Shown piece by piece: positions 25,608 to 34,738 of a stretch of DNA of 42,854 bases; position 1 is the first letter of the stretch; each line of letters begins with the position of its first letter. Both the position numbers and the translations under genes were made by a program. The notes below the pieces were generated by a model. That model had not been told where the DNA came from, made no database searches, and saw only the letters and a program-made list of their open reading frames with translations. The stretch lies in the IMG/VR virus record IMGVR_UViG_3300009773_000002; one strand, 5' to 3'. Source of the DNA: a virus.

Positions 25608-27530
25608 CTACCTCGATTTTCCTGTAAGTCGGAACCTTCGTTCAATGTTATAAAGATAAACAAGATATGCATCGTTCGCGCTTTTAATTTCTATCTTAAT
25701 GCGATAATGATGTGCGCGCGATATCGCAAATGTCGGAAGGTATACCGTAATGATTTCGCCGTCGCCATTAAAGACATATCCACCAGAGGGTTCAAGCGCA
25801 ATAAAATCGTCTGCGTTTGCAGATAAACTATACGATATGTTTATTTCTGCCTGCGCATCTTTTGTTCCTTCGATATAAAGCAATACCTCGGTTACGGTTC
25901 CCGATTCAGAAGGATTAGTATTATATGCCTTGCTTACAATATACGGCAAAACGTTTGTATCTAGGCATCCCATGTCATAAGAAAAAACAAAGGCTCTTGG
26001 CGTAGACATGATTGACCCAAACAGGATCACTCTTTTGCGATCATACGAAGGAACATATTGAGCAAAAAAGTCATTCGTTCCCGCGCCGATATCGGCGGCA
26101 GAAAACCCTGAACGCTTCCACCATGTCCGCGTTTCATAATGATATTCATAGATAAATCGATTTTCCATTGTTCGGTCATAAAGATAAAGATGATCTGCGA
26201 TCGCGACAAGCGACCATTCTTCGCCCGTAAAGGAAATTCCACCCAACACCCCATTGCTTGACTGATTGTTGATAATTATCGGTCGCGAAATAATGCGCGG
26301 GTGTGAATTCCCGTCAAAGGAATACACCTTATCGTCATAAAGAAAGAACGCCATATTGTGCGCCGTTGTAATTTTACTGAATCCATACGGATGCGTAAAT
26401 GTATCGATCCCAACGTCTGCTATGACAAGCGTCAATTGAAATGAATCCGGACTATGCCCGCGAAACACATAAATATTATGGTGCGTAAAGATGAAAAGGT
26501 CGCCACCAATCTTAGAAATATCAAGCAATGCTACTTCATCTTCTATTGTCCAGAATCCCGCATCATCAACCACATACCCCATGCCCGTTGGTGCGGTTCC
26601 AATCGTGATTGTGTCCGGCGTTGCGCCGCCTTGTGTCCATCCGGATTGCGTGATAGAGTCAATCGACTGAAACGCCTTGGAGGACTGAACCATGCCTTCG
26701 GCAAGAGTTAGTATTTCTGTTTGCGCCGCCCCCAATCCGTTTTTTCCGACTACGGTTACAATGCCTAGCGTATCGAGCGTGTCCGTTTTTGTAACGGTAG
26801 CCGTTATCTGTCGTGTTGTATTCGGCTGTGCGGCAATCGTGAATGATTCGTTTCCGCAATTTCGCGTAGTAACAATGGCATCTGCATCATACTCCATTGA
26901 ATACCACGAGAACAAATCTCCTCCCCGGCACCACCATATTTTATTGTTGGTGTCTATGTAAAAAATTCGGTTTGCGTATGGAACCATCTTGCGCGGACGC
27001 GCCGGAACATCAATATACCCATATGCATAGCCATCTTCCGACGCTTTAACATAGTGTATCCTCATGTCCCACGCAACGGAAAAAACATAAAACGTTTCCT
27101 GTTCCGTCTTAAAAACCGCGGAAGAATTTTCGTAAATGCGAATATCGCTTCTAGGCTCATAGGCAAACTGCATGGTATAGTCTGTAATCAAAACGGTTTC
27201 TGTCGCATATGTATACTGACAACGAAGGATGCTCCATGTTGTCGCCGTCGAACACATTAAATAAAAAACATCAATGCTTGCAGTAGATTCATCGGAATGA
27301 ATACATTGCTCAATCTTACCAACCATATCTTCGACTTCCGACCCGATGGCATCCAACGCAGATTTTGTGTTAAAGGCAATACAATCATCTCGATACAATG
27401 ACACGTCAAGCATGTCTGATTGCATGGAATCGTCAATCACCGAAGGTGGCATATAACTATTAAGCCCTGCTGTCGGGCGTGTCATAACTTTCCCTACCTG
27501 ATTCGTTATTCCACGACGATATTTATACAT
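25608..27530 (-). CDS. Large tail protein with beta-propeller-like repeats (nozzle/hub candidate), carrying the shared ~95-aa domain
   Basis: Track ORF, with the start moved to ATG 27530 after AAGAAGGGA. Recurrent hydrophobic-Y/F-x-D/G blades (IFYIDTNNKIWW, IYVFRG, KVYSFDG, HLYLYD). Confidence 0.5.
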   Translation of the reverse strand: MYKYRRGITNQVGKVMTRPTAGLNSYMPPSVIDDSMQSDMLDVSLYRDDCIAFNTKSALDAIGSEVEDMVGKIEQCIHSDESTASIDVFYLMCSTATTWSILRCQYTYATETVLITDYTMQFAYEPRSDIRIYENSSAVFKTEQETFYVFSVAWDMRIHYVKASEDGYAYGYIDVPARPRKMVPYANRIFYIDTNNKIWWCRGGDLFSWYSMEYDADAIVTTRNCGNESFTIAAQPNTTRQITATVTKTDTLDTLGIVTVVGKNGLGAAQTEILTLAEGMVQSSKAFQSIDSITQSGWTQGGATPDTITIGTAPTGMGYVVDDAGFWTIEDEVALLDISKIGGDLFIFTHHNIYVFRGHSPDSFQLTLVIADVGIDTFTHPYGFSKITTAHNMAFFLYDDKVYSFDGNSHPRIISRPIIINNQSSNGVLGGISFTGEEWSLVAIADHLYLYDRTMENRFIYEYHYETRTWWKRSGFSAADIGAGTNDFFAQYVPSYDRKRVILFGSIMSTPRAFVFSYDMGCLDTNVLPYIVSKAYNTNPSESGTVTEVLLYIEGTKDAQAEINISYSLSANADDFIALEPSGGYVFNGDGEIITVYLPTFAISRAHHYRIKIEIKSANDAYLVYLYNIERRFRLTGKSR

Positions 27531-27548
27531 CAACAAATCCCTTCTTTA

Positions 27549-28496
27549 TTACCTAAGCCATTGCGGGTTTTCTTTCCGCTTGTTCGGCGCGATAATCTCT
27601 TGTCTCATTTTCTGCCTACGCAAATTGCGCAATATTTCTTCTGCTTCACCTGCAAATCGGTTGGATTGTCCAGCGTCCGGCGAAGATCCCCTTGCACACA
27701 TTTCATAACATGCGTAATATGCAAGATACTCGTGATATTTCGCATCAAATTCCGGCTCAAAATCTAAGTCAGAGATGGACAAGTCTTGTAGCAATCTCCG
27801 ATATCGAATAGAAATTGGAACGCCGGATGCAACCGGAGCAGGATTCATTATCAAAGACTTTGCGCCCGTAGACGAGTATCCCTGATAAATACAACATTCC
27901 GACATCGGACGATCATTCTTATATCCAATAGAATATGACGTGTATTCATATCGTCCAAGCCGAACACCTACGGAAATCAAGTCCGCTTCGCCCTCAACGG
28001 CATCAATAACCCATCCTGCACTCGTGACAGATGTAATCGTATCGTAATATCTATCACCATATATGGTGCTATCTGCTATTGGCGTTAATGTTTCGGTAAC
28101 ATTTTCGTCCGATATTGTTCCAACAATCGTTATTGTCCCGAGTGTATCCGTTGTCCCGGAAGATGTATGTGTTATAGACACACGACTCGGAGAAGCCGGG
28201 CTATCGGCAACCGTATACGCCCCGACTGCCATGTCTGTTTGAGCAACGATCCGCGTTGTCTCCGGCACGTTTGAGCCAACTTCAAACAATTCAATTTGAG
28301 ATATATCAGTAATTCCATCCGGAAAACTATATTCATCAACATATGCAACAGTAGAAAGGCTTTCGTCTACGACAACAACGTCGAAGATTTCAGAAAGTGT
28401 TTTCTGTCCGACGTTCATAAATTTTATTTTTTCGGTGTCGCTTGTCGCATCGCGATATAAGTCTTGAATAAGCGAAAGCAATTCTCGCACGGTCAT
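27549..28496 (-). CDS. Virion protein (315 aa; adaptor/tail candidate) carrying the shared ~95-aa domain
   Basis: Track ORF. GGGAGG RBS. Confidence 0.5.
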   Translation of the reverse strand: MTVRELLSLIQDLYRDATSDTEKIKFMNVGQKTLSEIFDVVVVDESLSTVAYVDEYSFPDGITDISQIELFEVGSNVPETTRIVAQTDMAVGAYTVADSPASPSRVSITHTSSGTTDTLGTITIVGTISDENVTETLTPIADSTIYGDRYYDTITSVTSAGWVIDAVEGEADLISVGVRLGRYEYTSYSIGYKNDRPMSECCIYQGYSSTGAKSLIMNPAPVASGVPISIRYRRLLQDLSISDLDFEPEFDAKYHEYLAYYACYEMCARGSSPDAGQSNRFAGEAEEILRNLRRQKMRQEIIAPNKRKENPQWLR

Positions 28497-28538
28497 TTTT
28501 ATTGTCCTCCCATTGCCTTGTTTTTATTGTGTATCGCT

Positions 28539-28808
28539 TTAATGCGTCTGTATAAACCACACAATAAATCCAACGCCAATCATCCCAACCGACCCTGCCG
28601 CACCCCACAAAGCCTTCGTTAAGGATGCCATCTGTTTTACGAGATATTGCATATCTGTAGACAGTTGCGTGATTGCCATTCCTTGATTCTCCATTTTGAT
28701 GCTACCTTCCTTCAATCTAATCTCTATCTGATCTTGCCAATGTTGAAGCCGTTCAAAGCGCTCTTCGCATACTTTGTTAATTTCGTTTGCCATCGCCATA
28801 ACTGACAT
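28539..28808 (-). CDS. Small coiled-coil protein with C-terminal transmembrane segment (89 aa; start may be 28799)
   Basis: Track ORF. C-terminal ALWGAAGSVGMIGVGFIVWFIQ. Confidence 0.55.
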   Translation of the reverse strand: MSVMAMANEINKVCEERFERLQHWQDQIEIRLKEGSIKMENQGMAITQLSTDMQYLVKQMASLTKALWGAAGSVGMIGVGFIVWFIQTH

Positions 28809-28828
28809 TCTCCTTTGCGCATTATTTA

Positions 28829-29941
28829 TTATGCCGTAAGCCCGACCATCGTAACATGAACTGTCGTTGAATTTGCAATCACCGTCGATGAATCATATTT
28901 CGTTACTACGACCGCATTACCCGACGAATACCCGCGAATCATTGACCCGCCGTTTTCATTATACCCGTCGCCCGATGTGCGAACCGGATATTGGATGGGA
29001 AGTCCCGTCAAGATTAAAAGCCCGTCGCCCGTGCCCTTCGTCGTGATGGTGCACGCGATTTGATAGACCAATATTTTTCCAATCCGATAATAACTATATG
29101 TCGCAGATGCTGTAGTGATCGTTCCGACTGACGCTGTGGGTGTCAGATTTCCTGATCCTGTCGTTATCGCAACGCCGTGAACGGTGCCCGTCAAAACCGA
29201 TAAGTCCGAATGAGCCTTAAGCGCCACATCCAAATCATCAATAGACGTGGTGAGCGGGTCGCTGTCCGTGACATAATTATCTTCGGTATAGGTTTGACTG
29301 CCAATGGCATCATTGGTGTCCTTGAGGGCAACATCAAGATCGTCAACCGAACTCGTTAAATCATCGTCACTTGTTACATAATTTTCTTCGGTATACGTTA
29401 AATCGCCAACATTATCAGAGACATCCTTAAGCGCAACATCGAGCGCGTCAATGGACGCGGTAGCAGATTCTTCGCTTGTTACATAATTTTCTTCGGAATA
29501 AAGTTGCGTTCCAATCATCCCATAAAGAATGGTCGCGTCATGTTCGGGAATGGGCGTAGGATCAACAACGTCAACAGGAATGTAGTAGAGCGACTTTCCA
29601 ACCGTCATTTCGTGCGCCTTAGATTTCCATACCTCGGTAGTGTGCGGTTCTTCTAAATCGCGAACAACAAGTTGAACATAAATCTTTCCGTCTGTAATCA
29701 GAATTCCATCTGTCAGTTCTATGTCGAAAGTAAACGATCCGCTACTTCCATTATAATATCCCTTTTCAATCACTTGACCATCTGCGGTTAAAAAAGAAAC
29801 GTATGCAAGTTTACCATTAATATATGTTTTTAAGTCGTCGTCTAAATTTACTGTAACCGTTAGCCCTTCCTCTCCTTGCATACCAAGAAGATTAACGTCA
29901 GCGGAGATTGTTTTATCGTATTCGACCGTTAATGTTGCCAT
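28829..29941 (-). CDS. Tail fibre-like protein with three ~35-aa repeats (370 aa)
   Basis: Start at MATLTVEYDK after GGAG (the track ORF extends to 29998, overlapping the upstream gene). Confidence 0.6.
   Translation of the reverse strand: MATLTVEYDKTISADVNLLGMQGEEGLTVTVNLDDDLKTYINGKLAYVSFLTADGQVIEKGYYNGSSGSFTFDIELTDGILITDGKIYVQLVVRDLEEPHTTEVWKSKAHEMTVGKSLYYIPVDVVDPTPIPEHDATILYGMIGTQLYSEENYVTSEESATASIDALDVALKDVSDNVGDLTYTEENYVTSDDDLTSSVDDLDVALKDTNDAIGSQTYTEDNYVTDSDPLTTSIDDLDVALKAHSDLSVLTGTVHGVAITTGSGNLTPTASVGTITTASATYSYYRIGKILVYQIACTITTKGTGDGLLILTGLPIQYPVRTSGDGYNENGGSMIRGYSSGNAVVVTKYDSSTVIANSTTVHVTMVGLTA
29198..29503 (-). repeat. Three tandem ~105-bp coding repeats (Y-[ST]-E-[ED]-N-Y-V-T ... 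D-x-L-D-V-A-L-K)
   Basis: LYSEENYVTSEESATASIDALDVALKD / TYTEENYVTSDDDLTSSVDDLDVALKD / TYTEDNYVTDSDPLTTSIDDLDVALKA. Confidence 0.8.
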
Positions 29942-29954
29942 AATAAACTCCTTG

Positions 29955-30530
29955 TTAAACCGAGATAACAACCGAACCGTTAAACCAATTATTGTCAAAC
30001 TGCGCCATATAGGAATTCATCTCCCCTACTGTCACCTCACGCCCCAGCGCGGCATTGAGGTCGGTGAGGTCGATCAATATAACATCATCCGCGTATGATG
30101 CGTCAACAGTATCAGCACTTGTTGACCCAAAATACAAATGCGTGCCGCCGCCAACGACCGTTCTGCGCACGTATCCGGTATGCCATTCCCCGTCAGTTTC
30201 GAGATTCTGCGCAAATACACGACCATCATACATACCCGTACCGTCAGACAACACAAGGGTTGACCGCCATGTCGACCGATTGTATTTACAAAACGCAATG
30301 ACATCGTGCCCCGTTTCTATTGCAACAAATTGGCGGCAAAACCCCTCCCCGCCCGTAGTAACAAACTGTCCGTCTATCACCGCTGCGTTGCTGACAAAAA
30401 CCCATCCAGTCTTCCCGTTCGAAAAATCGCCGTTGGTTATGAGGTTGGTCAGGGTTACGTTTGTCGTAGGCGATAAGCGACGAAGGCGTGAAGACTCATA
30501 TCCATATTGGCGAAATCTGCTTTTGAACAT
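29955..30530 (-). CDS. Carbohydrate-binding-module-like (jelly-roll) protein (191 aa)
   Basis: NLITNGDFSNGKTGW opening typical of CBM4/9/galactose-binding-like domains. AAGGAG RBS. Confidence 0.45.
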   Translation of the reverse strand: MFKSRFRQYGYESSRLRRLSPTTNVTLTNLITNGDFSNGKTGWVFVSNAAVIDGQFVTTGGEGFCRQFVAIETGHDVIAFCKYNRSTWRSTLVLSDGTGMYDGRVFAQNLETDGEWHTGYVRRTVVGGGTHLYFGSTSADTVDASYADDVILIDLTDLNAALGREVTVGEMNSYMAQFDNNWFNGSVVISV

Positions 30531-30542
30531 GTGCTGTGCTCC

Positions 30543-31121
30543 TTACGAATCCCACAATAAGACCTGAATCGTTGCCGCATTGCCGTCCGAAATGTATGAA
30601 ATTACGTCAACGGAAACAAGGTCTAGCGCTTGTCCTGCAACCAGTTTTATTCCGTTTGCCGTCGTCGCTGTGGCGTCAGGATTTATATAAACCGTACCAA
30701 CTAAGACAGAAAAGGTACACGACTGACCCCTTGCTTCAATCCCACCGGTAGCGAGTATGCCGACCTTAATCTTGTCTGCGCCGCCTGCCGTTACCCATCC
30801 AGCGCCTGTGATCGAGGTTACGGTCTTGAAGTATTCTGTGGTATAGACAGTTGAGCCTGCTACAGGAACAACAACGTTCGTTATTGTTTTGTTGGCGATG
30901 TTTGTTCCAACAACAGTAATCGTTCCCATCGTATCCGCATCTCCGGTAGCGGCTACGTTAATCCCAATCCTGCTTGGCGATGTTGGTTGAGCGGCAACGG
31001 TATATGCGCCGACTTTCATGTCTGCTTCGGTGACGACCAAATCATCATCCGCACCCGTCTGAACAGAACAGTTGGGTAAAAAAGCAACAATCCGACCAAA
31101 CCCTTCTTTAACGATATTCAT
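30543..31121 (-). CDS. Small virion protein carrying the shared ~95-aa domain (about 192 aa)
   Basis: Track ORF 30543-31127. The second ATG has better GGAG spacing. Confidence 0.55.
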   Translation of the reverse strand: MNIVKEGFGRIVAFLPNCSVQTGADDDLVVTEADMKVGAYTVAAQPTSPSRIGINVAATGDADTMGTITVVGTNIANKTITNVVVPVAGSTVYTTEYFKTVTSITGAGWVTAGGADKIKVGILATGGIEARGQSCTFSVLVGTVYINPDATATTANGIKLVAGQALDLVSVDVISYISDGNAATIQVLLWDS

Positions 31122-31148
31122 ATACATATGCTCCTTTGTTTTGTAATA

Positions 31149-31202
31149 ACAAAAAGAGGGTGTAGAAATAAACTCTCTTTTCTATTCATCTCTACACCCT
31201 CT
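31149..31202 (-). terminator. Strong intrinsic terminator after the beta-helix gene
   Basis: 12-bp perfect stem AGAGGGTGTAGA (31155-31166) / TCTACACCCTCT (31191-31202). A T-run follows on the minus strand. Confidence 0.7.
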
Positions 31203-31277
31203 TTCCTGTTTGTTCGCTATCGCGGAATCATGCTCACATCTGGCTGTCCACTAAAGCAGGACCTCTCTATTGTTGTA

Positions 31278-32273
31278 TTAGATTTCACCAAGCGCAGGAT
31301 ACTCAACGTTGTTTGCATTGCTCGTCGAGCATCGGTTGTCTTGTGCAAGAGCGTCGTTGCAAACAATACACCCTGCCATTGCAGACCCTTTTGCCGCCGC
31401 CGTAATCAAGCGATTGCCGATAACATACGACTTTTTTTCCGCATCGTTGATGCAAGCAAGACCCGTGCTCATAACGTTGTCCTTGATAAGCCCGTACTTG
31501 CCTGCCGCAAATGTAGCCGATCCGGAAATGTCAACGCCCATGTTTGCGCCCTGAATGAGGTTTCCAACGATAACGAGATCGTCTGCCTGTCCTTCGCCAA
31601 TCTCAATGACCGCATCCGTATAACCGCCCTTAAATACGCAGTTGATGACCTGCAAGTTGACACCGCCCGTAGAAATGATTGCGCCTGTAGCCGCTGTCGT
31701 AGAGTCGCCCATGAACTCGCATCCGATGAACGCGATTCCGTGCTGTCCAGTAATGGTAAAAATGTCACCACCAGAAGCAGTCGGACCCTTGAACATCACG
31801 TTGATGAACCGGCATCCCATGTACGAAGTCGTAGCCGCAACCGTGTGGTTTCCAATCAACTGAGGCTTTGCCTTCCAGTCTGTAGAGCCTACGCCGATAA
31901 TATCGGTCTTCTGCGCAAGCGCAGTTAGGTTTTCGCCTTCGGTCGTTTTGGTCTGGTCGCCCTTGAAGAAAATGCGGTTCCGTGCCGCCCACCCCGTAGA
32001 CGCCGCCGCAATAGACGCGTGCGACGCGGCAAGAGCAACGGACAACTTCTTATAGGCAGTCGCCCAAGAAAGACCGTCGTTTGTGTCGGCTCCGCCGTTA
32101 CTGTCTACATAGTACGTCTTGTAATAGGTCGAGCCTAAAGACGCACCCGCATTGTAAAGTGAACCGTTTTCGTCAAAAACCGGTACTACAGTTCCAGTCG
32201 CATTGTACACACCATATTGATGAAGCCCTGCGCTTGAATCATAGTACCATCCCTTTGTGATTGAATTACCCAT
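31278..32273 (-). CDS. Right-handed parallel beta-helix (pectate-lyase-like) protein (331 aa)
   Basis: Periodic V/I-x-N/G-C/N-x-F/I coils (NLQVINCVFKGG, LVIVGNLIQG, GLIKDNVMS, YVIGNRLIT). The 266-aa + strand ORF opposite is a shadow. Confidence 0.55.
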   Translation of the reverse strand: MGNSITKGWYYDSSAGLHQYGVYNATGTVVPVFDENGSLYNAGASLGSTYYKTYYVDSNGGADTNDGLSWATAYKKLSVALAASHASIAAASTGWAARNRIFFKGDQTKTTEGENLTALAQKTDIIGVGSTDWKAKPQLIGNHTVAATTSYMGCRFINVMFKGPTASGGDIFTITGQHGIAFIGCEFMGDSTTAATGAIISTGGVNLQVINCVFKGGYTDAVIEIGEGQADDLVIVGNLIQGANMGVDISGSATFAAGKYGLIKDNVMSTGLACINDAEKKSYVIGNRLITAAAKGSAMAGCIVCNDALAQDNRCSTSNANNVEYPALGEI

Positions 32274-32310
32274 AATCGTTACTTCCTTTCATTAATAGAA
32301 GGAGTCTGTA

Positions 32311-32337
32311 GCGGGGAACAAGGAGGATGTTCCCCGC
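32311..32337 (-). promoter_or_regulatory. GC-rich hairpin directly after the capsid gene (attenuator / mRNA stabiliser candidate, no U-tract)
   Basis: GCGGGGAAC-aaggaggat-GTTCCCCGC, a 9-bp stem. Confidence 0.5.
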
Positions 32338-32362
32338 GCTACATACTTCCTATCTGAACGAA

Positions 32363-33292
32363 TTACGCGCCTGTGCTTGCTACGATGCCATAGCCGGGAG
32401 TTGTAATCCCAACGCCGTAACATTCTCTGGCAACGCCCTTATACGTAAAGTCCTCGTCTTCTTCCCACGCCTTGAGCCGCAATCCGCTATGCTTCTGCAA
32501 AACACAACCGGACTTCGGAAGTCCTTTGTCGAGCAAGAACCACGGCGAAACCGGCGTAGCGCCGCTGTCGTCATAATCGAAATATACGTTTGAGGTGATC
32601 GTTACGGGCGCAACCTTCGAAACAGAGTTTATCGTGTTGGACAACTCCATTGCCAAAAGACTTGACCCCAAAATCTCAACGGCTTCGAACATTTTGTTCG
32701 GGTGGATTGCTAAGTGCGTCGGACGCGTTTTGATCGGCTTTCCGCCCTGATCGTAAATGCTGTTAAACTTGTTTGCCGCCGCCTTGAAGTTGTTAGTAGT
32801 TAGCGCGCCTGTCGCAAGGTTGTCGTTCAAAAGAGAAGAATTGCAAAGCGGGTGTGAAGCAGATGCAAGCGCTACGCCATCGGCTCCGGTGTCGGTAAAC
32901 ATGTCGTTATACGCGTCTGCAACCAATTCTTCTTTGTATTGAATCATTCTGGTAACGAGTTGTTCGCCAAAGGTGGCTTCAACAACGTTATACAAATCAA
33001 ACTCAATGGACGGAATGGATGCGCTAACGCCCATCTCAATCCATTGAGACACGATTGTTGTCTGGTGGTCTTCACCAATCTTGTCATAAATGATTGCCGA
33101 TCCCTCGCGGTGAACGCGCGGAGAACCAAGCGCACCGATGGTCTGATAAATGCCGGTTTGCTTTTCTTCCATAACTTCGCGACAAATCGCAGGATACATA
33201 AGTTCATATTGCTTCTGCAGGGCGGCGTTAAAGACCTCGCTTATACCCGCAAGAATTAGATTGGGAATATCGCTGATTCTTCCTGTAGCCAT
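32363..33292 (-). CDS. Major capsid protein (HK97-fold candidate, 309 aa)
   Basis: Called on size, position after the scaffold and small beta-protein genes, and an AAGAGGT RBS. The sequence family is not identified with certainty. Confidence 0.65.
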   Translation of the reverse strand: MATGRISDIPNLILAGISEVFNAALQKQYELMYPAICREVMEEKQTGIYQTIGALGSPRVHREGSAIIYDKIGEDHQTTIVSQWIEMGVSASIPSIEFDLYNVVEATFGEQLVTRMIQYKEELVADAYNDMFTDTGADGVALASASHPLCNSSLLNDNLATGALTTNNFKAAANKFNSIYDQGGKPIKTRPTHLAIHPNKMFEAVEILGSSLLAMELSNTINSVSKVAPVTITSNVYFDYDDSGATPVSPWFLLDKGLPKSGCVLQKHSGLRLKAWEEDEDFTYKGVARECYGVGITTPGYGIVASTGA

Positions 33293-33333
33293 AGTAAAAT
33301 ACCTCTTTTCTTAAGATAATCATGTGTCGCGAT

Positions 33334-33747
33334 TTATCCGGCGTACAAGTACAAAGGATTAACGCGAGCCATTGCCGTGTTTCTGGTGTTGTCATACGAA
33401 GACAAAATCAAGGGTCCGGTTGTGTCGTCCGGGTCGATGGAAAAGTCGTGAGAACTTACAGAAATATCAAAATCCTGTCCGACATCTGCCGCGGCAAAGG
33501 TTGTCTTTGTTCCGGTTGTGTCAACGTCGATTTCCATTTCGACTCCAGTAAGCGGATAGAAAATTCCGATATCGCCTTCGTCATAACCATCTGCCGCGAC
33601 TCCAATAATGATTTGCGTAGCAATGTTAGCCGAGCCTTCGATTGCGGTGTTGGAATCAACGACGCAAAGCGCGCCCTGCGTTACTCCGCCAGACCCCACA
33701 ACGAACTCAATGAGCCGAGTAGGATTAACAATATTAACCTTAATCAT
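33334..33747 (-). CDS. Small beta-rich head protein (decoration/DUF2190-like candidate, 137 aa)
   Basis: Position between the scaffold and capsid genes. Gly/Val-rich sequence. Confidence 0.4.
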   Translation of the reverse strand: MIKVNIVNPTRLIEFVVGSGGVTQGALCVVDSNTAIEGSANIATQIIIGVAADGYDEGDIGIFYPLTGVEMEIDVDTTGTKTTFAAADVGQDFDISVSSHDFSIDPDDTTGPLILSSYDNTRNTAMARVNPLYLYAG

Positions 33748-33759
33748 ATCTTTTCTCCT

Positions 33760-34551
33760 TTACAGATTGTGTTGTTTTTTTAGTTCCAAGAACCGTTCGT
33801 TAGATATTGCACCAAACAATTCTTCAAACTCTTGTTTTTTCCTTCGATCTAGTGCACTCAAGGCAACAGGTTTTGTTGCCACATCGTCAGAATAAACGGA
33901 CGTAATTGTCGTATTCGACTGTTCAGCAAGCGCTCCGACTGCGGCGGCTTGTGCTCTAGTCTTTTCTGGGTTCGCTTCCTGTGGCGCTCCGAACATTGCC
34001 AAGCAAATTCGATCTGCTGTCATGCCCGTGTTTTGCACGTTCCGCATGACCAAATCAAGATTCTGATTTAATTGCGGGTACTTTGCAAACAGGCTTGCAT
34101 TGGCTGTTTGAAACTCAAATCGCGCAATACGTTTTTCGATAGCCGCCATCTTGAGTTCCTGTTCGGCGGTTGTTCGTGCAAAGTCCTCGTCATAGCCCTG
34201 CCCAATATATTTTTGAACCAACTTGTTTTTTTGTTCAGAGACAGACCTGTCATTTGCTCCCGCCATGAGCGCTTGCATTTGTTCCTTTGTTTCCTTGAGT
34301 TCTTTTTTCAGGGCAATAATTGCCCTCTGTTCTTTAGATGTGACGGTTGTGTGATGATTGACCGGATTGGAACTTTCAGCATCGTCAATCTCGGGGTCAT
34401 CCTCCAAAACATCTACTTCGCCTGCAACGTTATAGTCTTCGGCGCTTTCGTCAACAACGTCTTCAACAAAATCCTCTGTTTCTTCCTGTTGACCGTTTTC
34501 GGATAATTCTTTTGCCTTTGCATTAAAAGAATCTTTGTCAAGGTTCGCCAT
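33760..34551 (-). CDS. Scaffolding protein candidate (263 aa)
   Basis: Highly acidic N-terminus, long helical/coiled regions, and a position upstream of the capsid gene. Confidence 0.55.
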   Translation of the reverse strand: MANLDKDSFNAKAKELSENGQQEETEDFVEDVVDESAEDYNVAGEVDVLEDDPEIDDAESSNPVNHHTTVTSKEQRAIIALKKELKETKEQMQALMAGANDRSVSEQKNKLVQKYIGQGYDEDFARTTAEQELKMAAIEKRIARFEFQTANASLFAKYPQLNQNLDLVMRNVQNTGMTADRICLAMFGAPQEANPEKTRAQAAAVGALAEQSNTTITSVYSDDVATKPVALSALDRRKKQEFEELFGAISNERFLELKKQHNL

Positions 34552-34644
34552 ATTATATTCTCCTTTCCCTATCGCGCGGGATACGCAAATACTGACATCA
34601 GAGCGTCAGCCTTCTCAATGAAATAGAATAATCCATTTCTACTT

Positions 34645-34675
34645 TAATTATATCATAGCCGCGCAACAACAAAAT
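34645..34675 (-). promoter_or_regulatory. Extended -10 promoter candidate (TGaTATAAT) upstream of the scaffold-capsid operon
   Basis: Minus-strand TGATATAAT corresponds to top-strand 34647-34655. The -35 is weak (TTTTGT). Confidence 0.4.
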
Positions 34676-34705
34676 AATTCCACGCCCTTTATGGTTGACG
34701 TGGAA
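34668..34705 (-). terminator. Intrinsic terminator candidate after gene 34739-35311
   Basis: Minus strand TTCCACG-14 nt-CGTGGAA followed by TTATTTTGTTGTT. Confidence 0.5.
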
Positions 34706-34738
34706 TTGAATCCATTAAAGCCGAGAAATAGAGTTCCG

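Noticed and set aside
26598-31031. The shared ~95-aa domain as a diversity-generating retroelement target/template pair
   Set aside because: No reverse transcriptase gene is present. The copies are diverged throughout at protein level rather than differing at adenine-templated positions.
31128-31928. 266-aa ORF on the + strand
   Set aside because: It lies entirely antisense to the well-supported beta-helix gene and the terminator region. It has no RBS, and its Cys/Arg-rich composition is typical of a shadow frame.
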